A DNA stretch of 63,934 bases, counting the filler, from Chiloscyllium plagiosum (lineage: Eukaryota), in NCBI RefSeq assembly GCF_004010195.1. It is 4 parts of one record of this genome, joined end to end, with 100 filler letters (N's around TTAATTAATTAA, not from the genome) between each part and the next. Parts side by side here need not be neighbours in the genome. Positions count along the whole stretch, not along the records: positions 57,542 to 63,934 come from NC_057714.1; 3 more parts are not named here. One strand, written 5' to 3'. The position numbers and the translations under genes are program-made. The number at the start of each line of letters is the position of its first letter. Position 1 is the stretch's first letter. Below are positions 60,480-63,934 of this stretch, piece by piece. The notes beneath the pieces were generated by a model. The model did no database searches, was not told the DNA's origin, and was given only the letters and a program-made list of their open reading frames with translations.

Positions 60480-62930
60480 ATACTGCTGACAGTAAGTAAA
60501 CAGTGGCAGACATTTAAGGAAGTACTTTATGACTCAGCAAAAATAGATCACAATAAGGAGGGATAAACCAACCATGGCTAACCAAGGAAGTTAAGGAGAG
60601 TATTAAGTTGAAAGTAAATGAATATAAGAAGGCATAAGTTAGTGATAGCCCTGAAGACGGGGATAAATTCAGAATCCAGCAAAGGAGAAGCAAAATAATA
60701 ATAAAAAAGAGAGAAAATAAATCACAAGGGCAAATTGCAAGGAATATAAAAATTGACATATTCCAAGAAGCTCAATAGTAAAGGAATTGTTTAAAAAAGG
60801 AGGTAAACAAACGATAGGTACTTATAGGCCAGTGGATGTGGTGTATCTAGATTTCGGCGTGGTGCTGGAAAAGCACAGCAGGTCAGGCAGCATCCGAGGA
60901 GCAGGGAAATCGATGTTTCAGGCAAAAGCCCTTCATCAGGAATGGAGTTTGCAGCATCTGCAGTCTTCACTTTTGCCTTGTACCTAGATTTCCAAAAGGT
61001 CTTCGACAAGGTGCCACAAAAAGGGCAGCTGCCTAAGATAAAGATGCACAGTGTTATGGGCAATGTATTAGCATGGATCGAGGATTGATTAGCCATCAGG
61101 AAACAAAAAGTGATTATAAATGAGTGCTTTTCTGATTGGTGATCAGTGACTAGTGGCTTGCCTCAGTGATGTTTACAACTGTTTACAATTTACACAGATG
61201 AATTAGACTCGGGGACCACATGTAGTGTGTCAAAGTTTGCAGATGGTACTAAGCTGAGTGCTGGATCCAAGTGTGCAGAGGACTCTGAATGTTCGCAGAG
61301 AGATATAGATTCTTTAAGTGAGTGGGCAAAGATTTGGTAGATGAAGTACAATTTTAGTAAATGTGAAGTCATCCATTTCGGTAGGAGTAACAGTAAAAAA
61401 AGGATTATTACTTGAATGGCAAAAATGCTGTGCAGAGGGATGTGAGTGTCCTTGTGCATGAATTGCAGAAGGCTGGTCTGCAGGTACAACAGGTAATTAG
61501 GAAGGCAAATGGAATTTTGTCCTTCATTGCGAGAGAGATTGAGTTTAAAACTGCGAGGTTATGTTGCAGCTGTACAAGGTGCTGGTGAGGTCACACCTGG
61601 AGACTGTCTGCAGTTTTGGTCTCCTTACTTAAGAAAGGATGTACTGGGATTGGAGGGAGTGCAGAGGAGGTTCACTCGATTGATACTGGAGTTGAGGGGG
61701 TTGGTTTATGAGGAGAGACTGAGTAGACTGGGATTATATTCATTGGAATTTAGGAGAATGAGGGGGAATCTTAAAGAAACATAAAATTATGGAGAGAATA
61801 GATAAGATAGAGGGTGAGAGGATGTTTCCACTGGCAGGTGAAACTAGGACAGGAGGATATAGCCTCAAGATTAGAGAGAGCAGATTTAGGACTGAACTAA
61901 GGAGAAAGTTCTTATGAAGATCCCCCCTGCCCCCCATCCTCAGCACATTCTACCGGGGGATCATTGAGAGTACCCTGAGCTGCTGCGTCACTGCCTGGTT
62001 CGGGAATTGCACTGTCTCAGATCGTAAGACTCTATAATGGATAGTGGTGACAGCTGAGAGGATCATCAAGGGCTCTCTCCCCTCCATTACAGGCATTTAC
62101 ACCACACGCTGCATCCGTAAGGCTAACAGCATTGTGGATGAGCCCACACATCCCTCACTCAAACCCTTCTTCCTCCTGCCACATGGCAGAAGATATCAAA
62201 GCATTCAGTCTCTCGTGGTCAGACTGTGCAACAGTTTCTTCCCCCAAGTCATCAGGCTCCTTAACCCTGTGTGATCACACTCTCTTCTATCTGTAATTCT
62301 TTCCATGACCGTGCAAAGGGAGTGCTGCCCTGTGCATGACTGTACTCTCATGTAGTTTGTGTTGTCCATGTAGCACCTTGGTCCTGCCTTGTTTTTACTG
62401 TATCAGTAGTATCGGGTAGAAATGACAAACACAGCTACTCCTGACTGTATTTCATTGGAGACAGTTCAGAGAAGGTTCACTGGGGATGATTCCTGGTGTG
62501 AAAGGATTGCCTCATGAGCAAAGGCTAAACTGGTTGGGCTTCTACTCACTGGAGTTTAGAATAATGAGAGGTGATGTCATTGAAACATATTGGATTTAAG
62601 GGGCTTAACAGGGTCAATGCTGAGAGGATGGTCACCCTCATGGGAAAGTCTAGGGCCAGAGGGCACAGTCTCAGAATAAAGGGGCACCAACTGAAGACGG
62701 AGATGAGGAGGAATTTTGCCTCTCAGGGGAAGGGACACTTAGGACTCTTTGTCACAAAAAGCAGTGGGGCTAGATTCCTTGTGTGTAAGGTAAATTAGAT
62801 AGATTTTTGATTAGTCAGGGAATGGAGGGTTATGGGGAAAGTGGCCATGTGGACTGTCACATTACCTTGATCCTAACAGACCAGGCTTAAGGAGCTGCAC
62901 AGTCTACAACTGTTCCTGTTTCTTATGCCC
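60480..62930 (+). mobile_element. CR1 fragments with a nested family A element (60856-60978) and a Rex1-type LINE tail (61925-62445)
   Basis: TSD TGTA(T/C)CTAGATTTC around the family A insert. ILSTFYRGIIESTLSCCVTAWFGNC marks Rex1. Confidence 0.72.
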
Positions 62931-63019
62931 TTGATTCCACCAACATTGACCCTGCGCAGTGCCCAGTCCTACATCAGATTACCCTGGAACTGGAAAGGTG
63001 TGGTCAGAAATGTGAACAA

Positions 63020-63365
63020 CAGCTGACACTAGCTGTTTCGCACTGCTGTGGTGCAGCCAATCCACAAGGTATTTTCGTCACTAACAGGATGCTGCTGTCA
63101 AGCAATAAAGCAGTTAGTCCTCCCAATGTACTGTGATCTATGAGTTTCGGTGCCAGGGTGATGCCAGCTAACTGGACCATTTTGTCCTAGTGACTAGTGG
63201 AGTACACCAAACAAGGTGATCCATTGATAGGTAGTGTCTGGCAGCAGGAACCTTGTGCTCAACAGGTCATGCTTGTAAGTCTCAGTGTAGTATATTGACC
63301 ATTAGAGGTGATTCTGCTGCTGGAAAGCATTTACTTAATAATCCAGTCTGTGCTGCAAGTTACAT
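63020..63365 (+). mobile_element. Old Penelope-like remnant, third PLE family
   Basis: TNRMLLSS..VIYEFRCQGDA..DSAAGKHLLNNPVCA. Confidence 0.55.
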
Positions 63366-63934
63366 CGGAGAGCTGGGCCCTCAGACTGATACAGCTTCAT
63401 CATCCGGAGGGAGACTGAGTCCCAGTGAGTGGCCTGAGAATGAGTGGTGATGTGAGGAGTTCTGTGATCACGCAGCCTGGTTGTGGAACATGCTCCCTGA
63501 AAGGGCAATAGAAATTAGGAGAATGAAGAGAAATTAGCAGAAATAATTAGGGGTTTTCTGAATTGCTATCCGAGAAGTATGTGAAGCTAAAATGTTTACA
63601 GGAATATTGGCAATGGGCAGGGAGTGTGGCAACAATCTGATTGAAATCAGATTGAGCTTTGACAAAGGGTCAGTTAGACTCGAAACATCCGCTCTTTTCT
63701 CTCCTTACAGATGCTGCCAGACTTGCTGAGATTTGCCAGCATTTTCTCTTTTTTGGTTAAATTTCAAAGAGCTAGAACAGAGATAATGGATGGAGTGCCC
63801 CCTTCTGAGCTGTATCTTTCTGTGTTTCCTGTTTGGAATTAGGAAACACACTGGTGACATTGATATCAGCAAGAACCCGAGGTTGGGATTTACACATCAA
63901 ACCTCATCCAGCCAGTTTGACCTGATCCAATCTC

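Overview
This is vertebrate genomic DNA from a gapped draft assembly. The repeat content (HE1-type tRNA-derived SINEs, CR1 LINEs, Deu-type SINEs) points to a cartilaginous fish, most likely a shark. The + strand carries the middle and 3' part of TONSL (Tonsoku-like): 16 exons or exon fragments from 4158 to the stop at 34234, covering TPR, acidic, ankyrin, UBL and LRR regions. All visible junctions are GT-AG and phase-consistent, and a few exons are lost in N gaps. Downstream are the last two coding exons of an alanine aminotransferase gene (GPT-like, 49487-52847). The rest is mostly retroelements and minisatellites: a near-full-length CR1, many CR1 and Rex1 fragments, Penelope-like (PLE) GIY-YIG remnants and a Gmr1-order Gypsy remnant. 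The most striking unannotated signal is about 20 short (100-350 bp), often palindromic, TSD-flanked insertions from at least three families. They carry a minimal hammerhead-ribozyme core (CUGANGA-A-stem II-GAAA-palindromic stem III-UH) whose pairings co-vary between families, and one family is linked to PLE 3' ends. Other notable items are a 33-bp minisatellite that supplies the branch point and polypyrimidine tract of a TONSL ankyrin exon with a 1.27-kb AG-free zone, a perfect 311-bp inverted duplication, and three artificial N44-TTAATTAATTAA-N44 scaffold linkers. Exon, TSD and motif coordinates were counted by hand. Transposon fragment boundaries are approximate.
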